56,704 nt of DNA from the NCBI GenBank assembly GCA_013115125.1, contig JABANN010000178.1:1-56704 (forward strand), in the 5' to 3' direction. Below are positions 1-11,500 of this stretch, in pieces; position 1 is the stretch's first letter, and the number at the start of each line of letters is the position of its first letter. The DNA is from Perkinsus olseni. Its lineage: Eukaryota. The notes below the pieces were generated by a model, which was not told where the DNA came from, ran no database searches, and was given only the letters and a program-made list of their open reading frames with translations. A program made the translations under genes and the position numbers.

Positions 1-637
1 CACGATTGCCCTGTTTTTAGTAAGAGTTAGTATTTTGCGCCAATCGGCTCGTTTGGTTAAAGTGTTACATCAGGTATAAGCTTGTTTCGGACTGCGATCC
101 GTTTAGAAAAAGATTGGAAAAAGTAGCCCGGATTGTTACCAAATTCGGTCAAAATTCCCACAAAAATTTCTGTGGGCAAGCACTGCAGAAATCAACGCGT
201 GGCGGCAAAACAATTCTAGGCACCATTCATCTTTATGAGAGGCTTGAGCTGTTGTGCGCAACTTACACCATTCGAAAGCAATCCAAATTTCTGATTTAGT
301 GAGTGTGGTCTGTCGTTCCGGTATTCAAACCTCAGATGGATGAGATCAGCTATGAAAAATTTGGACCGGATTGTATCAGCTGGCTGCGACGATTCTATTT
401 GAGAAGTCTCCCAATGATGATCTGACGAAATAGCATGGCGCCCTCAGCGTGGTCCAGTCGACTGATGATAGTTCTATCGCTATTAATAGACCAGAGGCGC
501 TCATACCAACTCTTACTTAACGGGCAGAAGTATTACTGAAAAGGCGGTGTACTAGCTGTATAACATCGCTACACATTGAGTTAACCCAACCCCACTCGGG
601 ATGGTAGAAGATATTCTTTCACGCAGTAGTATTTCGT

Positions 638-2045
638 TTGACGTCCGTGTCGAGGCAGTACAAGGTTCGGAGGTTCGGAAAATGTTCGGAAGTGTTCCTC
701 TCCCACGTAGAACGCAGTAGACTCGCTACCTGTTGGCTGATCTGTTTGTGTAAGATTTCAATGGTGTTGATAGGTGATTATCTGGAGCATTCATCCACGC
801 TATTGGTGGTACTACACTCGGACTACTTCTCTCGTCTCTGGTGCGTCTACGAGTTTGCCTGCTTTCTAAGAAGGCACAAGCCCAAGGATGTGCATATCAT
901 ATCACCTCAAGGGGTCACACTATGTCTGTTGAGACCGATTCTGGCGCTCTTTTTGAAGCTTATCAAAGGCAGTTTTGTAGAGGGGGTAAGTTCTTCTGTT
1001 ATTATTCATCGACTCATGGGGCTCAGCGTGATTGGTTTCGATCGATCTGAGAAGACAGTGCGAAATAGGTCCCTATTTTGACCATCACCGCTATCGGAGT
1101 CCTACTTAGTAGTAGTGACCGGGTCGAAGTATTTTTCCTTTCAGCCGAGGGATTATCTCGTCTCCATCATGACCGGCCTTGTATGGCTACTGATCGATAT
1201 GATTGCAGTCTGTGAATTGTCGGACTACACCTCGAGGACTCTTAGCCATAGCATTGCGGTATGTGGGGTGCGGGGGTCGAACCTGCGCCCTACCGTCGTC
1301 TATTTTGCCAGACACCTCTGCGATCATTCAAGATTTCTGAGACACAGTGTGCTTTCGAAAGCGATAGACAGTACATCTACGATAATATTGAGCACGACTA
1401 TGGACGGGTGAGTGGAGAGAATTGCCGGCAAAGTTTTTCGGAGTTTCGTGACCCTCAGATGAGTCTGTTCGAGAACTTCATACGAGAGCGTGTGAGTCAA
1501 TCACTGATTGACGCTCACTTGAGAGTTCCCTGTTTGACATGCGTTGCGATGTCGATCCCCATGTTCTGGCTTGCTCTGGAGAAAACTGTGGAATGGGTCA
1601 CATCGGGAGAGGTGATACACAACTGAAGTTAGCGCGCGCCATTGTGATCGATTTGTGATGGTATCAGATAAATCACCCCGGCATTTTCATAGCAGCCGAG
1701 TTGTTGATGATCACGGTCTACATCAATGTGACCTATCCAATCGCAGTGAGTCTCATGATAAGAGTCCGAAGGTGCATCAAGTCAAAGTTCATAATAGCCT
1801 TCGTGCTCACATTGGGGGCATGTGTGGCACAAGTAATGACTGCGGGGATCGAACCGGGGACCTTTGGGATGACAGCTGTCTTTCAGACCTTTGTTCGTAA
1901 ATGTTCGACTGCCGGGCCCAAGTGGTTCCCATTGGTTATGGCCTCTGCGTTGCTCCATGCCTTCGCCGTCGCATGGTTGCATCGGAGTCTGTGGCCGTCC
2001 GGCATGCTCCCGCCGATTGATAGATGCGCCCCCACGGTGCATTAA
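638..2045 (+). CDS. TIR-like domain multi-pass membrane protein (multi-exon; 5' end unresolved)
   Basis: Exon translations VFLSH...DYLEHSSTLLVVLHSDYFSRLWCVYEFACFL (TIR-like WCxxE motif) and RSFKISETQCAFESDRQYIYDNIE...LFENFIR, then several hydrophobic segments up to the stop at 2043-2045; GT-AG introns join the ORF fragments. Confidence 0.6.
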
Positions 2046-2553
2046 CAGCTGTAATATTCCCTTCTACTGATCTCTCTTTTCACTGTTGTACGGACGGTGC
2101 TATGCTGGAACGCTGGAGCCGGCTTTTTGGTGACTGTGAGGGATTTTTTACATGTGGAATAGGTCGACGCTGTCTCTCCACAGGTTGATAGGATACGCCC
2201 ATGGCTATCCTACAGAGACTTGCTTCTCCCAACCTGTTTGCTGTATTCTCTCACCAGCTGAGGGCTCATTAGCAAGCTTTTCCCCGTACAGCCGTCCGTC
2301 GATTCTCATCTTTTTCTCGAAATGACCGTCGCGAAGGGCCGCCGCCCTCTTCCCCTTGTAGCGCTCTAGATGGTAGTCTTTGCTGGCTCTGAGGAGTGCA
2401 CGCGTTTAGTTACCTGTCAATGTGGTCGTCGGCTGGGTTGAGAATGCTACTGGCAGCGTCGTATAAGGGCGATATATGAGCTCACGGGTGGAGGATTGTG
2501 CGAGAGGCATTGCGTCGTCAGGATGTTTCCATCCTCTTTAACGCAATGTGTAG

Positions 2554-3753
2554 GGCTATGGTCAGTCGACGATGTCCAGACCTGGCTAGAGTTCGTCAAT
2601 CTCAAGCGGGAATACGGCGAAGCGTTGAGAGCGGCCAAGGTAGTAGCGGACCTCGGGTCGCATGGAGAGGGACAAGAGGCTTGGCGAGTACACAGTAATT
2701 TGAATGGTTCTCAAAGAGTACGAGCTCAGTCGGCTAATGGGCTTTTCGTGTGCTCGCCTAGTCGATCGAGGGAATCGAAGTGACGCACCTGGAGGGAAGC
2801 GAAAATATAAAATGGGGACTCAGCCGAACACTAGTGAAATTTACTCCAAATCAGATGGATAAGTGGACAGTAAAGTCAGTGGATATGGACAGTAAAATTG
2901 TCTCACTAGGTCGACGGAGCGAAGCTTATCCGGTTGACAGCGGACGTTGATGGTAACGTGTTCGGATCATCGGTGAGCACTGGCGTTCGGAGCCTGCTGG
3001 AGGAGGCACTGAGACCCTTGCTCGAGGTGGGGGTACTACTTTAGGATGGGGAGAGAGATCATATATCCAGGCCCATCGGAGCGGAGCGTCCTCGTTCCCG
3101 CGGTCACTGGCCGCTAAGGGAATTTGCGATTGGAACGTAGAGGAGGTTCAGGACTGGCTGGGGTACATTGGGTTGAAGGAGAAATACGGACCGGCATTGA
3201 AAGCTGCCAAGGTGGGAGGACTCGGGTCGGGTCGTTGACGATAGAGAAGTGGTGAATCCGGCTGGGGGATACGAGATCGAGCTTGACAGTCTTCACGTGG
3301 TGGCGATCGACCATTCCTGTACTTGTGAGGGATCGGCCTAGGATGAAATGGTTCGATGGAGATACGCCCCATCTCTGTCGCTCTTTGTGCATAAGAAGTA
3401 TGCTGGTTATAGTTCTACGTAATCATACGTGCTTCGCTCCGCTGTGTTCAAGACGCCAGAATTGGACTCTAGAGCCCATAGATGGACAAGCATTTTCTGT
3501 TTGCTCTTCGACGCGGAGTGCGATTGGCATCACTTGATAATTGGCCGGTAAAACTTTCGTACGCCGTTACTCATGGGTCATCTATCATGACACGCAATTG
3601 CCTCTGTTCAATTCCAATGAAATGCCGTGTGCTGCTAGGTGAAAGGGCTGGAACTCCTGTATATGATGTCGGCTATACCTGAAAGTCCCTTTCGGGAGAC
3701 GGGGGTCGGTCCGGAGACCCTTGCGAGAGTGGAAGAGGCGCTGAAGAAGAAGG
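2554..3753 (+). CDS. Tandem SAM-like domain protein (core exons; both ends uncertain, may extend to ~4140)
   Basis: GLWSVDDVQTWLEFVNLKREYGEALRAAK and ICDWNVEEVQDWLGYIGLKEKYGPALKAAK (W-x-V-x-x-V-x-x-WL SAM signature), each ending at a GT donor; downstream exon VKGLELLYMM...GVGPETLARVEEALKKK resembles a SAM C-terminal half. Confidence 0.55.
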
Positions 3754-4520
3754 TAGGGAGAGAAGTTGGGGAGAGTATCCTTCCTTCGGCAATCGCACCG
3801 TCGGTCGGATGTATGGGCTTGGTAGCCTGCCGGGCGAGTCGCTGCCGAGAGGCCTCCTATCAGCTCTTATGAATCCACCGGTCTATTTGTTACTTTGCGT
3901 GGTGGCGGATTCAGCCTTCGTACGGCGGTCCACAGTCAGCAGCTATTATTATACGTTGCAGCCAACCCACGGTCTCTCGGACTATCACTTCATCCCTTTG
4001 TGGAGGCGCGCTACGGATCGGCCCTGACTGTAGGTTCAGGGGTTGCAATATTCGCCGCTGGAAGCAGGGGTCGTAGCGGAGCGAAGCAGCAGACTGATGT
4101 TGGGTCAACTGGAGAACGGCGCTGTTAGTGGGGAAGGTAGGTCTCTTCACACGGGCGCTATCAACACCCTCCTATCCGCGTTTCGATGAAGTCATTCGGT
4201 GAGCCTAGCCGTTCGTGGAGCCTTTCCGCACAATAGTTGGTTCATGATTATGCTGGGCGTTCCCCGTGATTTTCTATTCAGTTACGCTCGATCAGCTGAG
4301 GTTGTGCGATACCTTCGAGTTTCGAAATAACCTCCTGCGGTGCGGACGAAGTCGATCAGGGAACGACGTAGTGGTCTTTGATAGTAAGTTCAGGGCGGAT
4401 GCGATGGGAGATTATGATCGCTACTGAAGATCGTCCGGACGTGGCATACGCTCGTTGAGTTAATAGCCTTTTTTGGTATGTATTTCTTGTTGCCTACTTC
4501 AAGGCGGTGCCGAGTAGCTC

Positions 4521-4563
4521 GCGGTCATTCCCGAGGTTGTGGGTTCGATTCCCGGTGACTGCG
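4521..4563 (+). pseudogene. Internally deleted tRNA-like remnant (tRNA-Ser-like ends)
   Basis: GCGGTCA/TGACTGC 7-bp stem plus discriminator G, T-loop GGTTCGATTCCC; D and anticodon arms absent. Confidence 0.35.
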
Positions 4564-5666
4564 CTAAAAGCGGCTTTCCCGCTGTTCGCTCGTCCCAGCG
4601 GCAGCGGCGGCATGCAAATCCGTGGATCCCTTCCGGATTTTTTCTCGCTCTAGGTCTCCTCCTACCTCAGGTACTATGAGCCGCCGACACTTCGAGGTGG
4701 AGGTAGACAGCATGGAGTCGGACACCGCATTCGTAGGTATCGCTGACAGATGCTGTGTGAGGCTGATCATGCCTGCTGTTATTCGATTACGTGGTTCGTG
4801 TCTCCGGGCTGGAGCCGTTTGTAGAGGAATACGGCAGCGTGTGGTATTCAGCATGGTTTTTTTTCGGAGGCGTGAAGAACTCTTCTCTGATCATCGTGGT
4901 TTTTGGCTAGGCATTCGGAGAGCCCTAGTCGCTTAAAGCAGCGCATCCTGTTGTTCGTGTCGTCATCAGGTGAGGGACATGGGTAGTTCAACAGGGACGT
5001 TCATCATGGTCCCCTACGCCCGAGTGGAGGCTGATGATATTGAGGATTTCGAGTGTGAAATGCCTGCACGACTGCGGTTGGGATGGCGTAAGCAGCTTGG
5101 TGGCAATAGAGGCCGAGGAAGATGCTCCCATCGTCACGAGGCAGCACACTAGCGACTTGCGGGGCGGCGTTGGAATTTCGTGGCGCAGTGACGAATGGTG
5201 GCGACCGGGCGGGCGTATCTGCCGTTGTAAAAGCTTACGTTCTCTGCTCGCGTGGCATCATGTGAGGTGGCATCCCTTACAGCACAGCCGAGCCCTTTTA
5301 TTTGCCGTGATCATGAGTGATGTCTCAGGTACGGATGTGTATGTATGTACCCGAGTATGTGATGAGGATGAAAATAGGTTAGGGATCTCTGTTGAAGTGG
5401 AGATAGGCTTTGGGGAGGACGCTGGCAGTGGTGGGTCGGCGATGGTCGGGGAAAGTGCTAGCTCGTGAGTGGCTCGAGGAGTGTATCAGGGAGGCTTCTC
5501 ATTTAACCCAGCTACGAGCTGAGAGAGAACTCCTCATTTGAAAATTGCGAGGAATTCTCTTTCGAATTCCCTAACGCGGATATGCTCATTGAGAGTTCTC
5601 CCCAGAACATGAGATTTTCTCGACGAATGACTTGTTGCATGCGACAAGCTACGATCTGAACCCTTC

Positions 5667-8188
5667 ATGATACGCTTCACTTGGTCCAAAAGTAGGACGT
5701 TGGACAAATAGATTAGAGGTGGGCGACAGTACGGGTACGGTCTAGTACAGAGTATGATACGGGTAGTACGAGTACGGCTCCGTAACTGTACTACCCGTCG
5801 CAGCGGTTCCCTAGTACCGTACTAGTACGCTTCATTTAATACATTTAATACGTACTAGTTCTCCGTACCCGTACTAGGTTGACCGTTTGAAACGTACTCC
5901 GTACCGTACTTTCCTCGAACCCAGTACGGTTGCCCAGCTCTAAAATACATGCTTGATGCTCATGAGAGCCATCACCCTCCTCTCTTGGTGCTCAGTGTTC
6001 GGTCCATTCCCGTGTCGAGACGACGGCGAGAGTGTATCCCTGATAGCCGGAAGGGACCCCGAACGATGCTCGGTGGTGTTGACAGATCCGCAAGTCAGCA
6101 GCGTCCATTGTAAGTATAATCCTGTGCTGTGCGGAGCAGGAAGACAGAATGTGGAATCTTGCTCGATAGCCGGGCAGAGGGGGCTTTTGGTGGGAACTCA
6201 GGTGAGATCGTATGGGACCCAGCGAACGAGGGAATGGTGCGGATAAGGGACTTCTCCAGCACTAATCGTGAGCTTCCTGCGACTACTGATGGAGCGTATT
6301 GCGGTGCTCAGGGACATGGCATAGAGTAGGGCATTTGAACAGTGAGCAGGACCCCCCACCGTACCCGATCTATGCTGGAGATGTTATTAAGGTCAGTAGC
6401 TTTTGCAGTGCCCCCGTTGAGCCAGGTTGTGCGAATCACTAGTATGTTCTCCATTGAAGCGGGCGGCTCCAAGCGTTCCTCCTTGGTGTACCCTCGAAAG
6501 AAAGCGAAAGCTTATCGCAGATCAAAAGCTTCGTGCAGGAAAATCGGAATAAAGTTCAATTTTACGTAATTTTAGTCAATTCAGCTGACTTGAATGTATT
6601 CTAAACTCTTCTGCTTCCTAATTTGATTTCGGTGGACGGCAGATTGTTCGATGTTGGAGCTCGCGGGAATTTATCAGGGTAAGATGTGATTGTCATCAGG
6701 CGGGTGAGGTAGCGTTCGTACTCTTCGATCGACTTGCATGGTCGGGCGTTCCGGCTGATTTGGACGACCAATCGGAGGCTGCTGGCGACGCGAGTGGAGC
6801 GAGCTCATTGGTAGGGCGGCGGCGTTGAGAGAATCCAAGAGGGCAAGATTGCTCCCCCAGTGCTACAGCCTGATAGATACAGCTTCGACGTGTATGATAG
6901 TTGCTGTTGATGGCTGAGGGTTGAGCACAATGCCGAGTCGCTGTACTTGCGTTAGGTGCTCGTTCCCACCCACCTCGAACCACCACGTGATTTGCCCATA
7001 AGGTCAAGGCATGCAGTTTCTCGACCGCGAGGGAGTAGGAGGCCTCCGATTCCTACGAGGAGCGGCCATGACTGTGAGCCGGCCACCAGAGAGCAGGCTC
7101 AGCCGGATACGGGACGGTCGGTGAGAACCTATCACGATGGACCTAGCTCGGTGAGCCACTCCGAGAGGTTTCGTCCTTGCATACTCTCTGTCAGGTCATC
7201 GAGGGTGGTGAGGGAGAGGATGGGGTACCGCAAATATTCCCTTCTGACATATTCCACGCACGGCTCGAGATGCTGGCGTCGCAGCGGGAGGCTCATGCAG
7301 TAGGTGGGCCCGGTGCAGCGTAGCTCGTCCTGTCGGTTTTGGAGGGGCCTGGGCTCGGGGGAGCGGCTCGGCCACTGTATTCCTCCACGACTCAATTGCC
7401 CACTGAGAGCGTGGAACCTCTCATCCGTACATTATACCGCAAGATAGGACTACTCGTCCGCCGTAGGACGTACCGTCCACTCGATCGTTTTACCCTCGAC
7501 GGTAGAAAGCCTAGGTGGTACCTCAGAACTCTATGAACAGCCCAATCCACTGTACTTGACTGCTTCCTATGTCATTCACTGCTTCGACTACTCGGTTCTC
7601 TGTAGGTCCCTTCAGCCCCGGCCGTGCCACGGGACACTCGTCTCCGCCGCCTGGTGAGTGAGTTCATGGCCTTTTTCTTTCTTCCCTATCATACAACTCG
7701 CTGAGCTGAATACCGGACGAGGGAGATGCCGTGCCCACCTTCATCCCTCAGGATAGCCTTTTTCCCGAGCTTGCTGTTGATCGAGCTTCGCCGCTGCATG
7801 GCGTGATGGAGGCCATCATCGACGGGAGTGACAACCTGGAGAACGGGCATATGAATAACGGGCAGGTCAAAGATGAGGACGCTTGCAAGGTTTGCTACGA
7901 GAGAGCAATCGATACGGTAGGACGGGATTCGTTCGGTTTTTGCCACCATCACCAACGCGGGACCGTTGAATTGTAACCCTTCGTGGTGGTGCTAGTGTGC
8001 GAGTTTTCGATGGGCTCTTTCTGCTGAGAAATGAGCGAACTACGGTTCTCGGAGTCATCTCTCAGGTGTTGGTGCCATGTGGTCACTTCGTGGTCTGCAG
8101 CGTCTGCGTGCTGAGACTGGATGATACTGACAAGCAGTGCCCGATCTGTCGGACAGCATACCAATTAGCGCAGAAGATTTTCAAGTGA
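5667..8188 (+). CDS. FHA-domain ... C-terminal RING-HC protein, putative E3 ubiquitin ligase (single-gene model inferred)
   Basis: FHA motifs LIAGRDPERCSVVLTDPQVSSVHC and VRIRDFSSTN (~5996-6267); RING CKVCYERAIDT|VLVPCGHFVVCSVCV...CPICR ending QKIFK* at 8188. The joining of FHA and RING exons into one gene is not certain. Confidence 0.5.
5714..5942. mobile_element. hAT-type MITE
   Basis: Imperfect TIRs TAGAGGTGGGCGACAGTAC / GTACGGTTGCCCAGCTCTA; 8-bp TSD AAATAGAT (5706-5713) / AAATACAT (5943-5950); GTAC-rich interior; no ORF. Confidence 0.85.
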
Positions 8189-8581
8189 CTAATCAAGTTC
8201 TCACCCAAAATTGGTTTAGGGCGCGACGTTAGGCTCGATCCACGAGTTCCCAAGAGTACGCAGTCAAATTAGCGCACCGGCCTAGCAGGCCGGCTCCAGT
8301 TGCGTGGGGGGGGGGGGTGTTTTCAACAATCAATTTCACATCGCCGTGATGATAGCAATTTGACCTCCGGGCCCGAGGCTCCTGCCATCGATGCTCTAGT
8401 GGTAGCTCTGAACGATGACGACGATAGTCTTATTTCCGCCTCCGTGGTGAAAATTTTGGCCTCGTCGGTTCCGGTTGAGTGAGGACACTCGCGATCAGGT
8501 CCTGAGCAGGATCGACAGCAAGATTCATCGAAGTCTACGCAAAACGATCTCCAATGCAGCCTTTCTATCTCTACTTGCGTC

Positions 8582-11500
8582 ATGTCAAAATTGCCTCGGT
8601 CTCCCCAGTACTTGAGAGCTTATGTTCGATGAGTGTGTCAATCGTGTACGGGTTGTGGTATTAGTTCAATTTGTCACAACCCGGATGTCAGGACCCTCAA
8701 GTCACGTGGCAGGGGTGGGTTCAGTAGCCGGCTCCCCGAGAGACGCCATCAGTGGTTTGAAGGCTAATGTTATGGTAGTGCAATACGGCAGTGTATATCG
8801 GTTGATGCTCATGATATCGAGGAGATTGTTCCTACTGAGACCCATAGTGCGTCCCGGAGAGCAGATGACTCGGAAGGGAGATAGGTTGTAGTGTACAGTA
8901 TGTGACAATCCCATCAGTTGAACACAGTATCATATCGTAGGGTGCTGTCTATTGAAATGCTAATCCGCTCGAAATTGGTCAGGTATGTGCACGCGTACGA
9001 CCGTTGTTTGGATGTGGAGCAGAGGGGACGGCACAGTGCGTTATCACTGCCTCTGATAAGAAGAGAATTGTAGGCTCGTTAACGTTACCACGTCGTCAAC
9101 CCGATGACCTGCAGGTATTGGAGGACCCCCGTCATCGAGAACTACCTAAGGAGTTCCTATTTGATCATGTCTTTGGTAGTCGCTGGTGCGCCCGGTCATG
9201 CTGAATAAGTCATGTGGTTACTAGCTCTTCCCTCTTCAACCATTGGACGCATCAATACGTTGTGTAAATCAGATTCTACTGTTACCACGTCAACAATATT
9301 CAAGACGCACGTTGCTAGAGGGATCGATGCGGCAGTAGGTCGACTGCTGCCACCCGAGAAGCTTCCCCTGCGATTATTTCAGGTTCTTTCACACGTTCCC
9401 TGTACAGTTTTCGCACACGGAGCCAGTGGCAGCGGGAAAACATTCACTATGCAGGTGAAAGAACCGGGAGAACTTTCTTCCTCAAGGCTTGGCATACGCG
9501 CGGCTCGTGTTCCGTGCCAGAGAACTCGCTGATCTTACCAGCGAGCTAGCAAAAATCCGCGAGGCGTTCGAGACTCGCCTCAGTATGTAGCGCTTGTTCA
9601 GATCTGGGTTGGTACTTCAGGGGAGGTGTGGCCTCTTAGTAGGAAGCTCCCACACGTTAGACTCACCGTATGCTCTTGAGCTTTGCCGCTTAAGGGTTTG
9701 GTGGCTTCTCATTGTCCGACCAGGAAGCTTTGCCCTACCGTGTCGTGCACCGCTCCGCTGGGCCAGCAGCGGTGGCTCATTTTATGGATGTGCCACGTGA
9801 TGGGATGCCGCTGTCTAAGATAGTGGAATACAGAGCTTCAGATAATTAACGAGGGTTCCGGCAGCCTGTAGTGGTATCGCCAGATGGCAATCATTGCCAG
9901 GCAATGACACCTCCGCTCAGGCTGTCACTGCTACGGATCGATAGGGGCTCGCTTCATCGCCGGCGATGGCTGACTGCCATGCTCAGGCTGTCCGAGATCG
10001 ATTCTCCTTTGGGAGCTCTTTATCTGATATCTCACGATATGTTTCTACCCCCCATCTTGATGTGATCATGTCTGATCCGGACGGATAATGCTACGAATGA
10101 AGAAGATCTCATCGACTGCTTGATGTCATGCCAAAGATACACCAAGTGCAGGAAGGGTACATGTTTGAGGCTGCGGAAGGCAAAACTGAGCTGGCGAATG
10201 AATTTCCCGAAGCAACTGAGCGTAGATAGTGCGTTCGGCATCGAGGGTGACAGACAGCTTCCAGGACTCTGATTAAGAAATGCCTTCTGCGAGATCCGAG
10301 ACCCTATGTGGGGCCTTGGCGGACCTGAGAGGCTCCTGCTTCCTGCCTGAGGCATATGTAGGGTTTACCTACCCAGAAAATGTGTACGTCGACAAAGAAT
10401 GCTGCGGCAATACTGGTGGCGTCATGGCGAGACATCTTCCCGAAGCTCTCATTGTCCGGTTAGACGCATTCCACTTCATCAGTAGCTTCACAAGCGGCAT
10501 GCAACACATCAACACGTGATCTAGTGGGATGCCTATCAGAGAATAGACATGCTTGCCTCGTAGCAATGGCTTTGTGAAAGGCTCTGGCAACCGGCTTCGT
10601 AAAAAGGATCTCGGCTTGAGCGGATGAGAGCAGACGATGCTGTTATCAGCACCTCAAAATCTAGCGGACGATGAAACCGTCAGATGGTGCTACGAAATAG
10701 TTTCCTGGAAACCTGATGTGGGAGTTCTTTGCCTCAGCTCTACGAGGCAATGCCTTTTATTCAGAATAAGTTTAATCGAGGTGATAGTTGAGAATTTGAC
10801 GCGAGGGGGTGGGATTCCCACCGTGGGAATTGGAAGGGGCTATCACGAGAGTCTCGTAACGAGACTAATTCTACAACCGAAGGCCGGTTGTAGAACCAGT
10901 CAAACCAATAGAGTCACTACTAGTTGGTAGAGTCCAGTCAGCGTTTCGTTTGTCAGGGTATTGAAGGGCAGCCGGGTGGGCCAGTCGTCAGCGGAAACGA
11001 GTCTGGACTGATCCCTATGTGCGTGGAACGGATCTTTAAGCGAGTGACAAGTAAGAGAAGGCGACGTGCCGTGTGGACAATGCAGGTTCACTGCAGGTGA
11101 CATGATGGTCACGATGTCCGTCTTTGAGATCTACCAGGAAAAGGTTCGAGATCTTCTAGCTCAGAGTACTGCTGGGCGTTAGTTGGGACTCACAGAAGCT
11201 CTAGCTTACCTAGGTACGGATCAACAGCACGCGGGAGCAGGGCCAGGCGGTGGCGGCCGCCGAGGGATTGGAAGCGGTAGTCAGCCCGCTATGCTGGATA
11301 GGGATGGCGGCTTTCGAGATTTGAAGATGCTCGAAGATAGTCTCGGGCAGGTGGGCTCGTCCGAACGCCGTACTAGTCTACTCTCTACGCTTGGTTATTC
11401 AAAAAGGTGACAATTATGGGCCTCGTTGAACGAGAGGTGACCAGCTCTGGGGAGCTGCTTCAAGCGTATGAGGGGGCTATCAGCCTACGTGCCGTCGGCA

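Noticed and set aside
4150-5500. Possible non-LTR retrotransposon ORF1 relic
   Set aside because: No zinc knuckle, endonuclease or reverse-transcriptase motif is visible.
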